From: Planctomycetota bacterium
Lineage (GTDB): Bacteria > Planctomycetota > UBA1135
Reading direction: 5' to 3'
Assembly (NCBI GenBank): GCA_045047305.1
Contig: JASFYO010000035.1
Span: 1 to 46,180, forward strand
DNA length: 46,180 nt
Position numbers and translations under genes: made by a program
The notes under the pieces: generated by a model
What the model was told of the DNA's origin: nothing
Seen by the model: only the letters and a program-made list of their open reading frames with translations
The model's database searches: none
In this document: positions 1 to 11,240 of the stretch, piece by piece
Numbering within the stretch: position 1 is the first letter of the stretch
Layout: each line of letters begins with the position of its first letter

Positions 1-1022
1 AGTTCATTGCCCACAGTGACGGCCTCGGTCAAATCCAGGTTGGAGTAGCGCAAAGCCACTTCCCAGGCGCCACTTCCTTCATCGCCATCATGTAGCGCCA
101 AAGTGCGTGGCTTGACTCGACCCCAAACACCGTGTCCGGTGCTGTAGCCGCGGTTCTCGCCGGTGAGAAACCAACCACCCTGAATGGACATGCCGCTTAA
201 GCTTGGCTCAACGCCGCCAACATTGTCGGTGAGGTCTGCCATGGTGTACTCAAACATGCCGTGGAAGGGACCTTCCTGGAAGGCCGCCTCGACATTGATG
301 ATGCTCACCTGATCGGCAGCCAAGGCACCGGTATCCACGAAACGTGGTAAAAGGTGCGATTCAGGGCGTGCGCGAAACTGAGCCGTGCCATCGGATTGAC
401 GGTAGGAAGCGCCGACACCAAGGTGAACCAAACTGCGGCCATGATCTTCAAAGACTGGACGGTAAACCGCACGGGCAGTTGCACCCCAACCTTGGTCGGC
501 AGTCTTGCCTTGGCTGTTAGTATCGCGGAACAAACCGCCACTTACAGTCCAAGCATCGGAAGAATTCCACAGTGAAATACCCATATTGCGCTCTGGCATA
601 AAGGCTTCGGACAAAGTGGAACGCTCGATGAAGGTGATGTAACGACTAGAGGTGGTCGTGTTCATACCTAAAGGCTCGTACTGATGGCCGACGAGGACGT
701 CGCCGATTTCATCGACGCTGAACTTGAGGTAGGCATCCTTTAAGAAAGCGGTACCACCAGCCCAGTCGTACTCCATCTTGTAGGCGATGTTCTCAGAGAG
801 ATCGCCAAACACGCGGATGCGTGCACGACGCACTTCAGCACCATCCTTGAAGGTGGTTCCAAGTGCGGATTCGGTCAGCTCACCACCGCTGAAGAAACTG
901 TAGTCCTCCATGAAGCGGCCGCCGATGTGAATAGTCTTTTCACCAGGATCGCCAGGAAGGAGATCGGTGAAATCTGTTGGAGCAAGGGCTTGGCCTTGCA
1001 TCAAAAGAAGGGTGAGGATCAT
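1..1022 (-). CDS. OprO/OprP-family phosphate-selective porin (3' end runs off window)
   Basis: Missing from the ORF track; manually translated from ATG at 1022: MILTLLLMQGQALAPTDF...GAEVRRARIRVFG...YKMEYDWAG...LKDAYL...TSSRYITFIERS...GWFLTGENRGY...GAWEVGLRYSNLDL. These are typical porin O/P motifs. Frame is open to position 1. Confidence 0.88.
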   Translation of the reverse strand, partial: MILTLLLMQGQALAPTDFTDLLPGDPGEKTIHIGGRFMEDYSFFSGGELTESALGTTFKDGAEVRRARIRVFGDLSENIAYKMEYDWAGGTAFLKDAYLKFSVDEIGDVLVGHQYEPLGMNTTTSSRYITFIERSTLSEAFMPERNMGISLWNSSDAWTVSGGLFRDTNSQGKTADQGWGATARAVYRPVFEDHGRSLVHLGVGASYRQSDGTAQFRARPESHLLPRFVDTGALAADQVSIINVEAAFQEGPFHGMFEYTMADLTDNVGGVEPSLSGMSIQGGWFLTGENRGYSTGHGVWGRVKPRTLALHDGDEGSGAWEVALRYSNLDLTEAVTVGNE

Positions 1023-1118
1023 TGCTTTACGTAATGGGTCTGCGAGATGCAGTGAGAAGATTTTGAATCCACTGCGCGAAGATGTGCGACGGATTCCATG
1101 TGATTTGTGTGAAGTCGC

Positions 1119-2351
1119 CTAGAGCTTAACGGAGTGCCCTTCTAGGTCCGTCATGGGATTGACTCCGCCCGTCAACGGCAGTGCATAATCACGGAATGCT
1201 TGGGTGACGCCCTCTTCGCCAGCGAGGAACTCATCTGGCATATCCTTGGTATGCTTGGCCACGGTGGAGAGTGGGGTGATGAAAGTGGTGCAACTGTAAG
1301 CACTTCCAATACCACGCTTTAAGGCCACAGATCCCGAAGTGAAATCGCCGCTGATAGCTGCCTCTACAGCACGACGCCCAACCTGACGGGCCTCCCGACG
1401 GTCCACTTCCGAGGCATCGGCGGGGAAACTGCGTTGAAGATAGCCGAAGGTGTCCGCACGAACCCGAATGTCCCCCATGTGCTCCTTGACTAGGCCGGCG
1501 AGCGCATCGCCGAGTGCGCCGGTTCCGGAAAGTTGCACATTGCCGTGCGAATCTTTCATGCCAGCAAGTGCGAAGCCTGCGCGTTCAGCGTAAACCTGCA
1601 GGAAGGGCTTGCCATCGGCATCGTGAATGCCTTCTGAAACGGCAACGATGCAACGGCCGAGGCGCGCATAAACCTCTTCCACCTGCTTGACGAAAACCTC
1701 CGGCTTAAAAGTACGCTCCGGCAAGTAAATGAGGTGCGGACCATCATCCGCGTTGCGACGGCCAAGGGATGCAGCAGCAGTGAGCCAGCCGGCATGACGC
1801 CCCATGACGACGTTGATTTTGACTCCAGGAAGACTGCGGTTATCGCGGTCATCGCCCTGAAAGGCGTGGGCTACGAACTTGGCAGCGGAACCATAACCGG
1901 GACAGTGATCGGTGACGCGAAGGTCGTTATCAATCGTCTTTGGAATATGGAAGCAACGCATTTCATAACCCATTGCCCGCGTCTGCTGCTCCATGATGTA
2001 AGCAGTCTCGGCGGTGTCATTACCCCCGATGTAAAAGAAGTAGCGAATATCGTACTTCTTGAAGGTTTCTATCGCCTGTGCAATATCCTCTGCCACGGGC
2101 TTCATTCGCACCGAGCCAAGCGCGGCTGCAGGTACATTTGCGATGGCCTCGAGAGTGGTTTCACTTTCTTTTCCGAGATGAATCAGATCGCCTTTCATCA
2201 TTCCAGCAATGCCATGCCGCGCGCCGTAAACCGCTGTGATGCAATCAGCCTGCACCGCAGCATGCACGAAGCCGACCAGAGATTGATTAATGACGACGGT
2301 TGGACCGCCAGATTGACCGATGACGGCCGCGCCTTTGAGGATTTCGATCAT
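1119..2351 (-). CDS. pfp: 6-phosphofructokinase, probably pyrophosphate-dependent
   Basis: QSGGP, GGND, PKTIDND and MGRHAGW motifs. Asp in GGND plus Lys in PKTIDND is the PPi-type signature. Confidence 0.88.
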   Translation of the reverse strand: MIEILKGAAVIGQSGGPTVVINQSLVGFVHAAVQADCITAVYGARHGIAGMMKGDLIHLGKESETTLEAIANVPAAALGSVRMKPVAEDIAQAIETFKKYDIRYFFYIGGNDTAETAYIMEQQTRAMGYEMRCFHIPKTIDNDLRVTDHCPGYGSAAKFVAHAFQGDDRDNRSLPGVKINVVMGRHAGWLTAAASLGRRNADDGPHLIYLPERTFKPEVFVKQVEEVYARLGRCIVAVSEGIHDADGKPFLQVYAERAGFALAGMKDSHGNVQLSGTGALGDALAGLVKEHMGDIRVRADTFGYLQRSFPADASEVDRREARQVGRRAVEAAISGDFTSGSVALKRGIGSAYSCTTFITPLSTVAKHTKDMPDEFLAGEEGVTQAFRDYALPLTGGVNPMTDLEGHSVKL

Positions 2352-2474
2352 GATTCGATGGGTGCACCGGGGAGGGAGTTGGTGCTGAAAGTGCGGATTC
2401 TAGCAGGGTCTCGAAACCCGTCACTCGCCCAGCATTTCCACCAACTTTTGGCCTCCGCAATGGTAGAAAAGGAC

Positions 2475-3263
2475 ATGAAATGCCACGAAGTTGACTACAA
2501 GATTTACGGTGACGACATGCAGATGGTCGAGATTGAGCTCGATCCGGGCGAAGTCATCATTGCCGAGGCCGGTTCTATGAACTGGATGGAGCAGGGGATT
2601 GATTTTGAGGCGCGCATGGGCGACGGCTCCAAGCCAGACACCGGTTTCTTCGGCAAACTGATGGACGCAGGAAAACGCGTGCTCACCGGCGAGTCGATTT
2701 TCATGACACACTTCACCAATCATGACCGCAGTAACAAGAGCCGAGTGACTTTCGCTGCCCCCTATCCAGGCAAGATTGTGCCGCTTGATTTGAATGATCT
2801 CGGCGGTGAACTGTTATGCCAAAAGGATGCATTTTTGTGTGCAGCCTATGGAACCGAGGTTGGCATTGCCTTCCAAAAACGATTGGGAGCCGGCCTCTTC
2901 GGAGGTGAAGGATTCATCCTGCAACGCTTGCGCGGCGATGGCTTAGCTTTCATCCATGCCGGTGGAACGATTATTGAAAAGGAGTTGAAAGGCGAAACTC
3001 TGCGCATCGACACTGGATGCATTGCAGCCTTCTCACCAAGTCTTTCCTACGACATTGAACGCTCTGGCGGATTAAAGTCAATGGTGTTTGGTGGCGAGGG
3101 AATGTTCCTTGCCACATTGAGTGGTCATGGAAAAGTTTGGTTACAGAGTTTGCCGTTCTCGCGTCTAGCCGGACGTATTCTTGCTGCAGCACCGCAAGGT
3201 GGCGGGCGCGACAAAGGCGAAGGCTCCGTACTCGGCGGAATCAGTCGCATCTTTGAGAGCTAA
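2475..3263 (+). CDS. AIM24 / TIGR00266 family protein
   Basis: Likely start [26 protein letters not shown] at 2475 after AAGGA; motifs [25 protein letters not shown] and [14 protein letters not shown]. The upstream part of track ORF 1734-3263 is antisense to pfp. Confidence 0.9.
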   Translation: MKCHEVDYKIYGDDMQMVEIELDPGEVIIAEAGSMNWMEQGIDFEARMGDGSKPDTGFFGKLMDAGKRVLTGESIFMTHFTNHDRSNKSRVTFAAPYPGKIVPLDLNDLGGELLCQKDAFLCAAYGTEVGIAFQKRLGAGLFGGEGFILQRLRGDGLAFIHAGGTIIEKELKGETLRIDTGCIAAFSPSLSYDIERSGGLKSMVFGGEGMFLATLSGHGKVWLQSLPFSRLAGRILAAAPQGGGRDKGEGSVLGGISRIFES

Positions 3264-3268
3264 AACGG

Positions 3269-4687
3269 TTGGCTAGTCCAACTCAAACCTATCGTGCGCT
3301 GCTCCCAATTGTGGAGCAGCGCTTGTTTGACTACCTGGAGCAAGCAGAAGCGCGCAAGGGCAAAGTCCTGCAGCTAAAATCTCCCGCGGAACTATCTGAC
3401 CAACTCCAAATTCCGCAGTGGATTCAATCTGGAGGCATGGACGCCGACGCATTGAATACATGGTTGCAGCAGTATTTGAAAGCCACCACACGCTTGCACC
3501 ATCCAGGATATATAGGTCACCAAGTGGCGGTTCCGATGGCGGGCTCCTCGTTGGCAGACTGCATCAATGGAGTCACCAACAATGGCATGGCAGTGCATGA
3601 AATGGGGCCGCCGGCAGTTGCATTGGAGCTGGATGTGCTGCGCTGGATGTGCGATCACATCGGCTATGGCGCAGAAAGCGGCGGCGTCTTGACTCATGGC
3701 GGATCCTTAGCAAACCTCACGGCTCTACTTGCGGCGCGCGCTGCGATTGCACCCAATGCATGGGAGCTTGGCGTTCCCCAAGACCTAGTTTTAGTCGCCG
3801 CCGATACAGCACACTATTCCATTTCGCGCAGTGCAGGGATTCTCGGCTTAGGTTCAGCATCGGTTCGTCCTACCCCCACTCACGCCAACGGCACCATCGA
3901 CCCAGAAGCTCTGTCGCACACCTTGGACACTTGCATCGCGCAAGGCAAACGAGTCATGGCGGTGGTGGCAAATGCATGCAACACCGCGACGGGCTGTATC
4001 GACGACTTACAGACCATTGGATCCTTGTGTAAGGAGCGGCAGATTTGGTTTCACGTCGACGGCGCACATGGGGCTTCTGCGCTGCTTTCTAATAAACATC
4101 GTGGAGCCTTGGCTGGAATCGACATGGCGGACTCCGTGATTTGGGATGCACATAAAATGCTCCACACCTCGGCGCTCTGCGCTGCTGTACTGCTAAAAAG
4201 CGAGTCGGATTTCGCCAAAGCCTTCCATCAGGATGTCAGTTATCTGGGGAATCCTGGATTTCATAAGGGGCCAGACCTTTTTCATCGCGCGGTGGAATGC
4301 ACCAAGGTACCGCTTGGATTAAAGCTGTTCTTGAACCTCGCGATTCATGGAGAAGCCGCTATGACAGAACGCTTGGATGCGCTCTACGCCAGAGCGAAAG
4401 AGGCGGCAGCCTTGTTGCGTGAGCATCCGCTGTTTCAGGTACCGTTCGAGCCACAAACCAACATTCTGTTATTCCGCGTTGGTCCTGCCGAAACCGTACA
4501 ACGCGAACTTCGCAGCCGTTTGATGGAAGCGGGAAACTTTTACATCACCGCGGCGGATCATGCTGGCGTGGATTATCTGCGCCTGACGGTGATGAACCCT
4601 GCAACTTCCATGGATGACATTTGCCAACTTCGGGATGAGTTGCTCGCGATCCATGCCACCATTAAGTCCCAAAGCGCATCAACATGA
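3269..4687 (+). CDS. Group II PLP-dependent decarboxylase (DABA/aromatic amino acid decarboxylase-like)
   Basis: HHPGYIGHQ, GGSLANL, AHYSI, WFHVDGAHG and DAHK (PLP lysine). Substrate cannot be determined from sequence. Confidence 0.88.
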   Translation: MASPTQTYRALLPIVEQRLFDYLEQAEARKGKVLQLKSPAELSDQLQIPQWIQSGGMDADALNTWLQQYLKATTRLHHPGYIGHQVAVPMAGSSLADCINGVTNNGMAVHEMGPPAVALELDVLRWMCDHIGYGAESGGVLTHGGSLANLTALLAARAAIAPNAWELGVPQDLVLVAADTAHYSISRSAGILGLGSASVRPTPTHANGTIDPEALSHTLDTCIAQGKRVMAVVANACNTATGCIDDLQTIGSLCKERQIWFHVDGAHGASALLSNKHRGALAGIDMADSVIWDAHKMLHTSALCAAVLLKSESDFAKAFHQDVSYLGNPGFHKGPDLFHRAVECTKVPLGLKLFLNLAIHGEAAMTERLDALYARAKEAAALLREHPLFQVPFEPQTNILLFRVGPAETVQRELRSRLMEAGNFYITAADHAGVDYLRLTVMNPATSMDDICQLRDELLAIHATIKSQSAST

Positions 4688-5097
4688 AACCAATCTTCTC
4701 CATGCGCCAAGTCGTTTTCATTGGCTTTTCCTTCGGCTTTCTTGGTACTGGCTTCGCCCTTAGATCTTCCTTGCGACAATTGGGTGAAGCGGAACTTGGC
4801 AAGAAGATGGTCCATCTAGGTTTGCTTTTCTCTGTCTTTGAGGCCTTGCTTTTCGTCCTTCTTCCAATCCATCCAGCAGTGCATTTTCTGATTTGCGGTG
4901 CGGGTGGCAAGTTGGCCTATGACCGCTGGCTCATGCGCCCCGCCATCGCGTATAAGAACCAAGGCGGCACCGATGGCGACATCTTCCAAACCATCTTCTT
5001 CAGCGTGGCCCTTACCGCTGCTTGGCTAGTTCTTATCGCACTATTTTTCTTAGTGGAATACCTGGTGGACGGCACCACTCCCGCAATCCTCTCCTAA
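4684..5097 (+). CDS. Hypothetical membrane protein
   Basis: ATGA overlap with the decarboxylase stop; several hydrophobic segments. Confidence 0.65.
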   Translation: MKPIFSMRQVVFIGFSFGFLGTGFALRSSLRQLGEAELGKKMVHLGLLFSVFEALLFVLLPIHPAVHFLICGAGGKLAYDRWLMRPAIAYKNQGGTDGDIFQTIFFSVALTAAWLVLIALFFLVEYLVDGTTPAILS

Positions 5098-5148
5098 ACT
5101 TATGGTCGTTTTCATCGACTAAAACGAACTCCGCGGCAACACCTTGAT

Positions 5149-8049
5149 ATGAACATGCCGGAGACGCCGACCACACAAAAAATCCAAGCTCTATTGGAAC
5201 AAGGCGGTTGGGTGCGCGCCCTCGCCAGAAGCTTAGTCGCTGACCCAGCTACCGCAGACGATGTCGAGCAAATGGCTTGGTTGGCGGCTGTAGAACGGAC
5301 GGACTCCATCCGTAACCCGAAGTCGTGGTTTGGCGGCGTCGTGCGCAACCTCACGGGCATGCACTGGCGCGAGCAGAAAGCGCGCAATCGACGGGAGGAT
5401 TTAGTGGGTGAGCGCCGGGCTGGGAAAGACCTTCACGATGCGGAGCATCAACAGCCAGACAGTATTTCGGGGAGGAGGGAAACCTTTCGCATCCTTGCCG
5501 TTGCTATGGGGAATCTACAAGAGCCCTACGGCACTGCGCTTTACTTGCGTTTTTTCGAGGAATTAACCATGCGGGAAATTTCCTCGCGCATGCAGGCTCC
5601 AGAGTCGACCACCAAGGCCCGCATCACCCGAGGTCTAGAGATGTTGCGCCAAGAGTTACACATGAGCTTGGGAAAGGATTGGCGCCACTGTTGCTTGGTA
5701 TTCACCGCGCCGTTGGCAAAGACAGCAGCTGCTGTGGGAGCATCGACCGCTGTCACATTTGGCATAAAAGCGAAAGTGCTTGTGATTGCTGCAGCCGTTG
5801 TTTCGATCCCCCTGGTCGTGATGCAACCTTGGAAGACTGAGAGGCCGGAAGAAAAGATCGCCTCCACAGAAGCCGCGATGGCCTCAAATATGGACCTGAC
5901 TCCTACCGTCCTGGAGCCGCAAGAGCAAGAAGGCGTCGACCGTATCAACCAGGAAACGGCTGCAACGCTAGAGCCTGCAAGACCCATGGCATCTTTGCGC
6001 ATCAAGGTTATAGAACAAGAAAGCGGCGCCCCGATTCCCGAGATGAATCTTCAATTATTGAGTGGGTTAGTCGAAAACCGCAACACGGTGCTTAGCAATC
6101 AAAAAGGTGTCACCGATGAGAACGGGATATGGAACCTTGCGATTCCTTGCGGAGAAACCTGGGTCCGCATCGTCATGCCTATTGACGATGATCTTGCAGG
6201 GTTCTCGCAGCACCAGGACTGGTTGCTTGAAGAAGGGGATGTTTTTGAGCACACCATCTCCGTGCCCACAAGTTATGCCATCCGTTTCAAGGTAAAGGAT
6301 CCTGAAGGCGACCCTCTTGCAAATCAAAGGTTCCGTGTCTCCTTTGGAGAACGAGGTTCGGGGTTCCGTGTGCACCACACTTACCGAACCAACGCGCACG
6401 GTGAAGCTTTGGCTACATACTTCCCCGGCCAACTTACCGTTTCCTTTGAAGATGTCCCCGACCATCTCTATCCACTCAATGCTTGGCTCCCACTAACTAA
6501 GGATCATGATGGATTTGTGCAAGACCTGACTCTTTTCGGTCGCCGTGAACTTGAATTCACAGTGCAGGACGAAGGCCACCGCGCGGCTGAAGGCGCTGTA
6601 TTAGAGTTCCGATTTCCCACTCTGGATATCGAGGGCGGCAGGGTATCACCGAAATCGGTGCGGAGCTGGGGCCGGGAACGCAAAGTCATCAAGACCGATG
6701 CGGAAGGAAAAGTCTTGGTGGTCCTACCCGTTATTGAGGGAATCCAGGTGACGGTCCAGCACCCCAATTACCAACCATTTGCCACAGAAATTCCAAGCTC
6801 CAATACGCAACAAACCTTGGCTCTCACATCGGGTGGGAGAGTCAGTGGGCGTATTCTTGACCAACAAGATCAACCGATTGTTGGAGCCGAAGTCATGGCT
6901 TGGGCAACTGGGGAGTTGAGCTGGGGAGGCAACATGGGCAATCCACCTGGCGAAAGGCAATGGAGAAGAACCACAACGGATGAACAAGGGAACTACCTGA
7001 TTCATGGATTAAAAACGGAAGGCTATTTCTTTCTCATGGTCAAGGCCGAAGGATTTGCCTACTACGGGAAACGGTGGAAGGACTACCCCAGCGGATCGAT
7101 TGACCTTTCACTGAAACCCTCCGCTCCCCTCTTTGGGTTTGCTCTGGACAAGCAAGGGGAAAGGCTAGCCAAAGTTTGGGTTGAAGTCAGCGGCGAGCCA
7201 GTCTTCGGCCAAGTCACCCCTTGGGAAACTCTTTCTTACTACGCAGACACTTACCGGCAACTCACCGATGAGGATGGTGCTTTTTCCTTCCCGGGATTAT
7301 TCCCTGGAAACCACAAACTAAAAATCCTTGGGGGAATGGAAATGCGAAAGACATTTCCTACCGGGCCCGACCCTGTGCTCTTAGTCGAAGGAGAGCTGGA
7401 TCCAGGACTTATCCTGGTTGACTTTGAGATTATGGATGCAGACACTCAAAATCCTATTGCGCATGCGGAGCTCTGGACGTTCAAAACGCACCGAGGCTCG
7501 GGCCTGCTTGGCCTCGGAACGCAAGAGGCTGACAAAGATGGGCACTGCATTTCAAGACTCGAGGAACGCGACATGCGCTGGTTCCACATCAAAGCAGAGG
7601 GCTACACCCCCGAAGTCATCTGGATGACCGAGTTTCCAGATGGCCTGTCTTCACGCAAAGTCGCTCTCCAACCAAGTGCTGCCTGCACCATTTCCTTCCA
7701 AGCTTCGGATGGCTTACCCCTGCTCATGGGTGATGAAGGGAAATCCCTTGGAGCGGCTCTGCTTCGAGGAAACGGGTTCATTCTTCCGGGGTCCTGCCTG
7801 AGCCCCTTTCCGATGCCCGGCCAAGGGGTTGGTGCCGCAGGGCATTCCGCGGTTCGAGATGAGAAAACAGTATTCAAAAACTTTCCACTTGCCGGAGGCA
7901 TCTTGCGGGTTGAAGTTGGTATCAACCGGAATGAACATGGAACCTTCACTCCGAGTGCATTCCTGGACTTCCCGATCCCTGGCGGACATAGCACATACAC
8001 CTTGACCTTCAGCCCTGTGGACCTGAAAGCTTTAGGACTGCGAGATTGA
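5149..8049 (+). CDS. ECF sigma-70 factor with TM segment and large C-terminal extracytoplasmic region (carboxypeptidase-regulatory-like/transthyretin-like repeats)
   Basis: Sigma2 (WVRALARSLV...ADDVEQ...SWFGGVVRN) and sigma4 (LQEPYGTALYLRFFEELTMREIS...TTKARITRGLEMLR); hydrophobic VLVIAAAVVSIPLVV; repeated GRILDQQDQPIVGAEV / TTDEQGNY-type modules. Confidence 0.85.
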   Translation: MNMPETPTTQKIQALLEQGGWVRALARSLVADPATADDVEQMAWLAAVERTDSIRNPKSWFGGVVRNLTGMHWREQKARNRREDLVGERRAGKDLHDAEHQQPDSISGRRETFRILAVAMGNLQEPYGTALYLRFFEELTMREISSRMQAPESTTKARITRGLEMLRQELHMSLGKDWRHCCLVFTAPLAKTAAAVGASTAVTFGIKAKVLVIAAAVVSIPLVVMQPWKTERPEEKIASTEAAMASNMDLTPTVLEPQEQEGVDRINQETAATLEPARPMASLRIKVIEQESGAPIPEMNLQLLSGLVENRNTVLSNQKGVTDENGIWNLAIPCGETWVRIVMPIDDDLAGFSQHQDWLLEEGDVFEHTISVPTSYAIRFKVKDPEGDPLANQRFRVSFGERGSGFRVHHTYRTNAHGEALATYFPGQLTVSFEDVPDHLYPLNAWLPLTKDHDGFVQDLTLFGRRELEFTVQDEGHRAAEGAVLEFRFPTLDIEGGRVSPKSVRSWGRERKVIKTDAEGKVLVVLPVIEGIQVTVQHPNYQPFATEIPSSNTQQTLALTSGGRVSGRILDQQDQPIVGAEVMAWATGELSWGGNMGNPPGERQWRRTTTDEQGNYLIHGLKTEGYFFLMVKAEGFAYYGKRWKDYPSGSIDLSLKPSAPLFGFALDKQGERLAKVWVEVSGEPVFGQVTPWETLSYYADTYRQLTDEDGAFSFPGLFPGNHKLKILGGMEMRKTFPTGPDPVLLVEGELDPGLILVDFEIMDADTQNPIAHAELWTFKTHRGSGLLGLGTQEADKDGHCISRLEERDMRWFHIKAEGYTPEVIWMTEFPDGLSSRKVALQPSAACTISFQASDGLPLLMGDEGKSLGAALLRGNGFILPGSCLSPFPMPGQGVGAAGHSAVRDEKTVFKNFPLAGGILRVEVGINRNEHGTFTPSAFLDFPIPGGHSTYTLTFSPVDLKALGLRD

Positions 8050-8051
8050 TC

Positions 8052-11000
8052 TCACTGTTCTTGCATCGCCTGCGCAAGCTTTTGGGGATCCATCGAAAAG
8101 TGAAACTCCTGCCCATCATCATGATCGAGGACTGTAAAAACCTTGGTGTCCTCGGTGCCAGAGAACGGAACCCAACGGTGGATCGAAGAATTGTTGCGCG
8201 CATGGTAAACCTGAAGCTCGATACGATAATTCCCAGGCCAAGCCAATCGGATTTCGTCCTTCCCCGATGCATCAAGCTTGAGCCGAATGCTGCGATTGGG
8301 GTGTAAGGACCCATCAGCAGAAACGCGAAACATGGTCGCATGAAGGTCCCAATCGGCGGGCACGATGTCAGGGTTATCAAGTACCAGAGTGCATGGAATC
8401 CCGTTCTTAAGCACGACCCGTTGATCCCCTTGCACCTGGTGCAGAGCCACGCCGCGCTTGTTCTCCGCCGAGAACTCCAAATCAAATCTTGGGCTCTTAC
8501 TGACTAAAGGAAGAGGTTGGAAGTCAAAGGGATCCCTGTATTCCAATATTGGATTCCACAGGCGGCCGTCTTTCACCAGTTGGCCACTTTCATCCACCAC
8601 CGTCGCGCGTATTACATGCAGCTGACCACGCAAGTCAATGTCTGGGAAAACGAACTCGCCATGTGTCGGCAGCAGTTTTTGCGGCGAAATGAAAAACAGC
8701 TCTTCATCCAACCAAGCGGATTGAACGCGTAAACCATAGGTCCCTGGAATGATGCCACGAAATTCGAAATCCCCCTTGGCATCGGCAAAAAGTGCATTCC
8801 CGTAAAACTCACCCGGCGCATTGGGCTTGGGGGTTAACAATGCCACATGGACGCCGTGGGTTGGAATGCTAGGGTCAAGAAACAGGTGCCCTTTCACGGT
8901 CCATGTTTCACCAAAACGAAGCTCTACCGTAGTGATAGGTGGAGCAAACTCAGCCCACCCTTTCCGATGATCACGATGCCTTGCCTCGACTCGATAAAGC
9001 TTTCGGTCTGCATGCGCATAAATAGTGAACTGCCCTTGCTCCCCGGTCGTAGCGGTGAGGCCGTCCAACTCCTGCCAATCGATGGCGCCTTCCTGACTTT
9101 CCGTCACCATGATGCTGCCTCTGGAACCGGCGGTGGTGTCCAAATAGCTGATGTCTTTCCCCTTGGCGTAGGCAACCTTCACCTTCGCTCCAGCCACTGG
9201 GCTTCCGCCAAAGGTTAAAATTTTACCTTGTACAAGAATAGGCGGAGTTTCCACTACGAATGCGCCCAAGTCATGGTCACCGGGACTCAAAGTACGACTC
9301 AAATCCACCGTAGCGGTGCGCCTTTCTTTACGTTTGGTCTTACGCATGATCACCGTAAAAGTTCTGGTGAAACCTGCTTCGCATTCCGGTTCTATTTGAA
9401 GCCGAAACTTACCCTCCGCATTGGTCTGAATCGTGCGCAAAACCGTTGTGTCGGAGTCGGCAGATTGCCAACGAATACGCGCCTTCAGGGACAGGTTTTT
9501 TGCCACCATGCCCTCCGTATTCAAAACCTTACCCATGACAAAACTCGCACTTAACTTTGGCTGCAGTGCGATGCTGACTAACTCATTGGCCGATGTCGGG
9601 CCAAGGGAGTTGGTGGACTCCATCATCGAGAAATCTAAAGATCCCGCCGCAACGAAGAGGGTTTGGTCGAGAGAAACATAAGGAAAGAATGCTCGGCCCT
9701 GAAAAGTGCGCGCGACCAAGCCATCGCCATCAAGCGGAGCGAGACCTTCTTCATCCAAAGGAGTTAGAGTCACCATAAAATCCCCCTTCATCAAGGCGCC
9801 CGAAGCTCTCCGGATACTCACTTCCACTTGTCCAGTTTGTGGCATGATCAAAGTCACTGCTTGCTTGGGAAGATTCCACAGATCCACCTTAGTCATCATG
9901 GGTTCTTGCGAGAGCGCGTTGAGCTGCACATAAAACGACTCCCGCTCCGGCACTGCAAGAATCCCGCCGAGCAGAGGGATCCAGGCGAAGCCGTCGGCAT
10001 TGGTTTCCGCGCCAATCCCACCTCCATGGAAACTTTTCTTTGCCAAGCGCAAACTCACGGCTGCCCCTTCCACCGGGCGCCCATCAAGATCCATCACCTT
10101 CACGGGCAGGGTTGAAACACGGTCTAACCGAAGCACGATGTCCTCCCCAGCGAAAGCACGTTGAGTTAGATCCGTCGTTTTTAAGATGCCTACGAATTCC
10201 CCGGATATGCCGATGAGATGCAGCTTTCCTTTTGGCCGAGGAATCCGAATCTGTCCATTTTCGTCGGCGAGATAGCGTTCTCCTAGCGCCCTTAAGAAAC
10301 GTAGGCCACCGACTCCCTCTGCCTCCATCAACTGTTCTTCAGGCAATGGGACCAAGCCCATATCAAGCACGATGACTTCCGCACCAGGTATGGGCTTGTT
10401 CCCATGGCTGTCGACGACCGTCACCCTTGGACCAACACTTGCGGCTGGCCGAAACCCTGTGTGCGATTTCCGGATTGGCGCTTCCTCGGTTCGAATCACG
10501 GCATTCGCTGCGGAACCCTCCGCCTCTTCACCCTCTAGATGAGCAACTACCGGCGTTAGCTTCGTTTGAGCTTGCCCAAGTTCAGAGTGGTCAGCCTCCC
10601 AGGGCGCCCAAACCGCGAGTGCTGCTACAGATAACAGGGTGGCCGCCACACCTGCTGCAGTACCAAGCGCCAACACTGGCGCCGGTGCTAGAGGGGTAGC
10701 GAATATCAGGCAACGATGACGCCATTGCGACCCCAACTCGTCTTGAAGGGCGGACCGCAAATGACTCAGCCCGACTCCAATTCGAGATTGCGCCGTATCG
10801 ACTGGGACCTTGGTACGCGCTGCTACTTCGCGGACCGTGAGTTCTTCGAAGTAGCGCAAGTAAATCGTGACAGCGTAAGGCTCTGGAAGCTGTACCACAG
10901 CAGCAGCTAAACGCTGGAAAGTTTCAAGCCGTTCCGCAAGGTCATCGGGAGTGACGGAATTTGCTTCGCCGCCAAGCGTCCTCAGCTCTTCCTCAACTTC

Positions 11001-11240
11001 CCGACGTCGACCTTGCTCGCGCCAACCTTTACCCGCCACGCTGCGCACTACGGTTGCCCACCAAGAACGCAAATTCCCGCCGTGGCTTGGTGGATGCTGC
11101 AAAGCCGTTACCCATGCTTGCTGCTCAACATCGTCGGCTGAGGATGGGTCCGAGACTAAGCTGCGCGCTAATGAGCGCACCCACCCACTATGGGCAAGCA
11201 GAGCATCGAGATCGGGGGTACGGGGGGGCATGTGCGTCAT
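8052..11240 (-). CDS. ECF sigma-70 factor with TM segment and large C-terminal extracytoplasmic region (paralog of 5149-8049)
   Basis: Sigma2 (WVRSLARSLV...ADDVEQ) and sigma4 (LPEPYAVTIYLRYFEELTVREVA); TM AGVAATLLSVAALAVW; repeated DLDGRPVEGAAV / TNADG modules. Confidence 0.85.
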   Translation of the reverse strand: MTHMPPRTPDLDALLAHSGWVRSLARSLVSDPSSADDVEQQAWVTALQHPPSHGGNLRSWWATVVRSVAGKGWREQGRRREVEEELRTLGGEANSVTPDDLAERLETFQRLAAAVVQLPEPYAVTIYLRYFEELTVREVAARTKVPVDTAQSRIGVGLSHLRSALQDELGSQWRHRCLIFATPLAPAPVLALGTAAGVAATLLSVAALAVWAPWEADHSELGQAQTKLTPVVAHLEGEEAEGSAANAVIRTEEAPIRKSHTGFRPAASVGPRVTVVDSHGNKPIPGAEVIVLDMGLVPLPEEQLMEAEGVGGLRFLRALGERYLADENGQIRIPRPKGKLHLIGISGEFVGILKTTDLTQRAFAGEDIVLRLDRVSTLPVKVMDLDGRPVEGAAVSLRLAKKSFHGGGIGAETNADGFAWIPLLGGILAVPERESFYVQLNALSQEPMMTKVDLWNLPKQAVTLIMPQTGQVEVSIRRASGALMKGDFMVTLTPLDEEGLAPLDGDGLVARTFQGRAFFPYVSLDQTLFVAAGSLDFSMMESTNSLGPTSANELVSIALQPKLSASFVMGKVLNTEGMVAKNLSLKARIRWQSADSDTTVLRTIQTNAEGKFRLQIEPECEAGFTRTFTVIMRKTKRKERRTATVDLSRTLSPGDHDLGAFVVETPPILVQGKILTFGGSPVAGAKVKVAYAKGKDISYLDTTAGSRGSIMVTESQEGAIDWQELDGLTATTGEQGQFTIYAHADRKLYRVEARHRDHRKGWAEFAPPITTVELRFGETWTVKGHLFLDPSIPTHGVHVALLTPKPNAPGEFYGNALFADAKGDFEFRGIIPGTYGLRVQSAWLDEELFFISPQKLLPTHGEFVFPDIDLRGQLHVIRATVVDESGQLVKDGRLWNPILEYRDPFDFQPLPLVSKSPRFDLEFSAENKRGVALHQVQGDQRVVLKNGIPCTLVLDNPDIVPADWDLHATMFRVSADGSLHPNRSIRLKLDASGKDEIRLAWPGNYRIELQVYHARNNSSIHRWVPFSGTEDTKVFTVLDHDDGQEFHFSMDPQKLAQAMQEQ

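Noticed and set aside
1050..1118. Pho box upstream of the phosphate porin
   Set aside because: TCACA-like half-sites are present but not at 11-bp periodicity.
1734..2474. N-terminal 247 aa of the 509-aa track ORF (apparent fusion to AIM24)
   Set aside because: It is the antisense shadow of pfp. AIM24 homology starts at ATG 2475, which has its own RBS.
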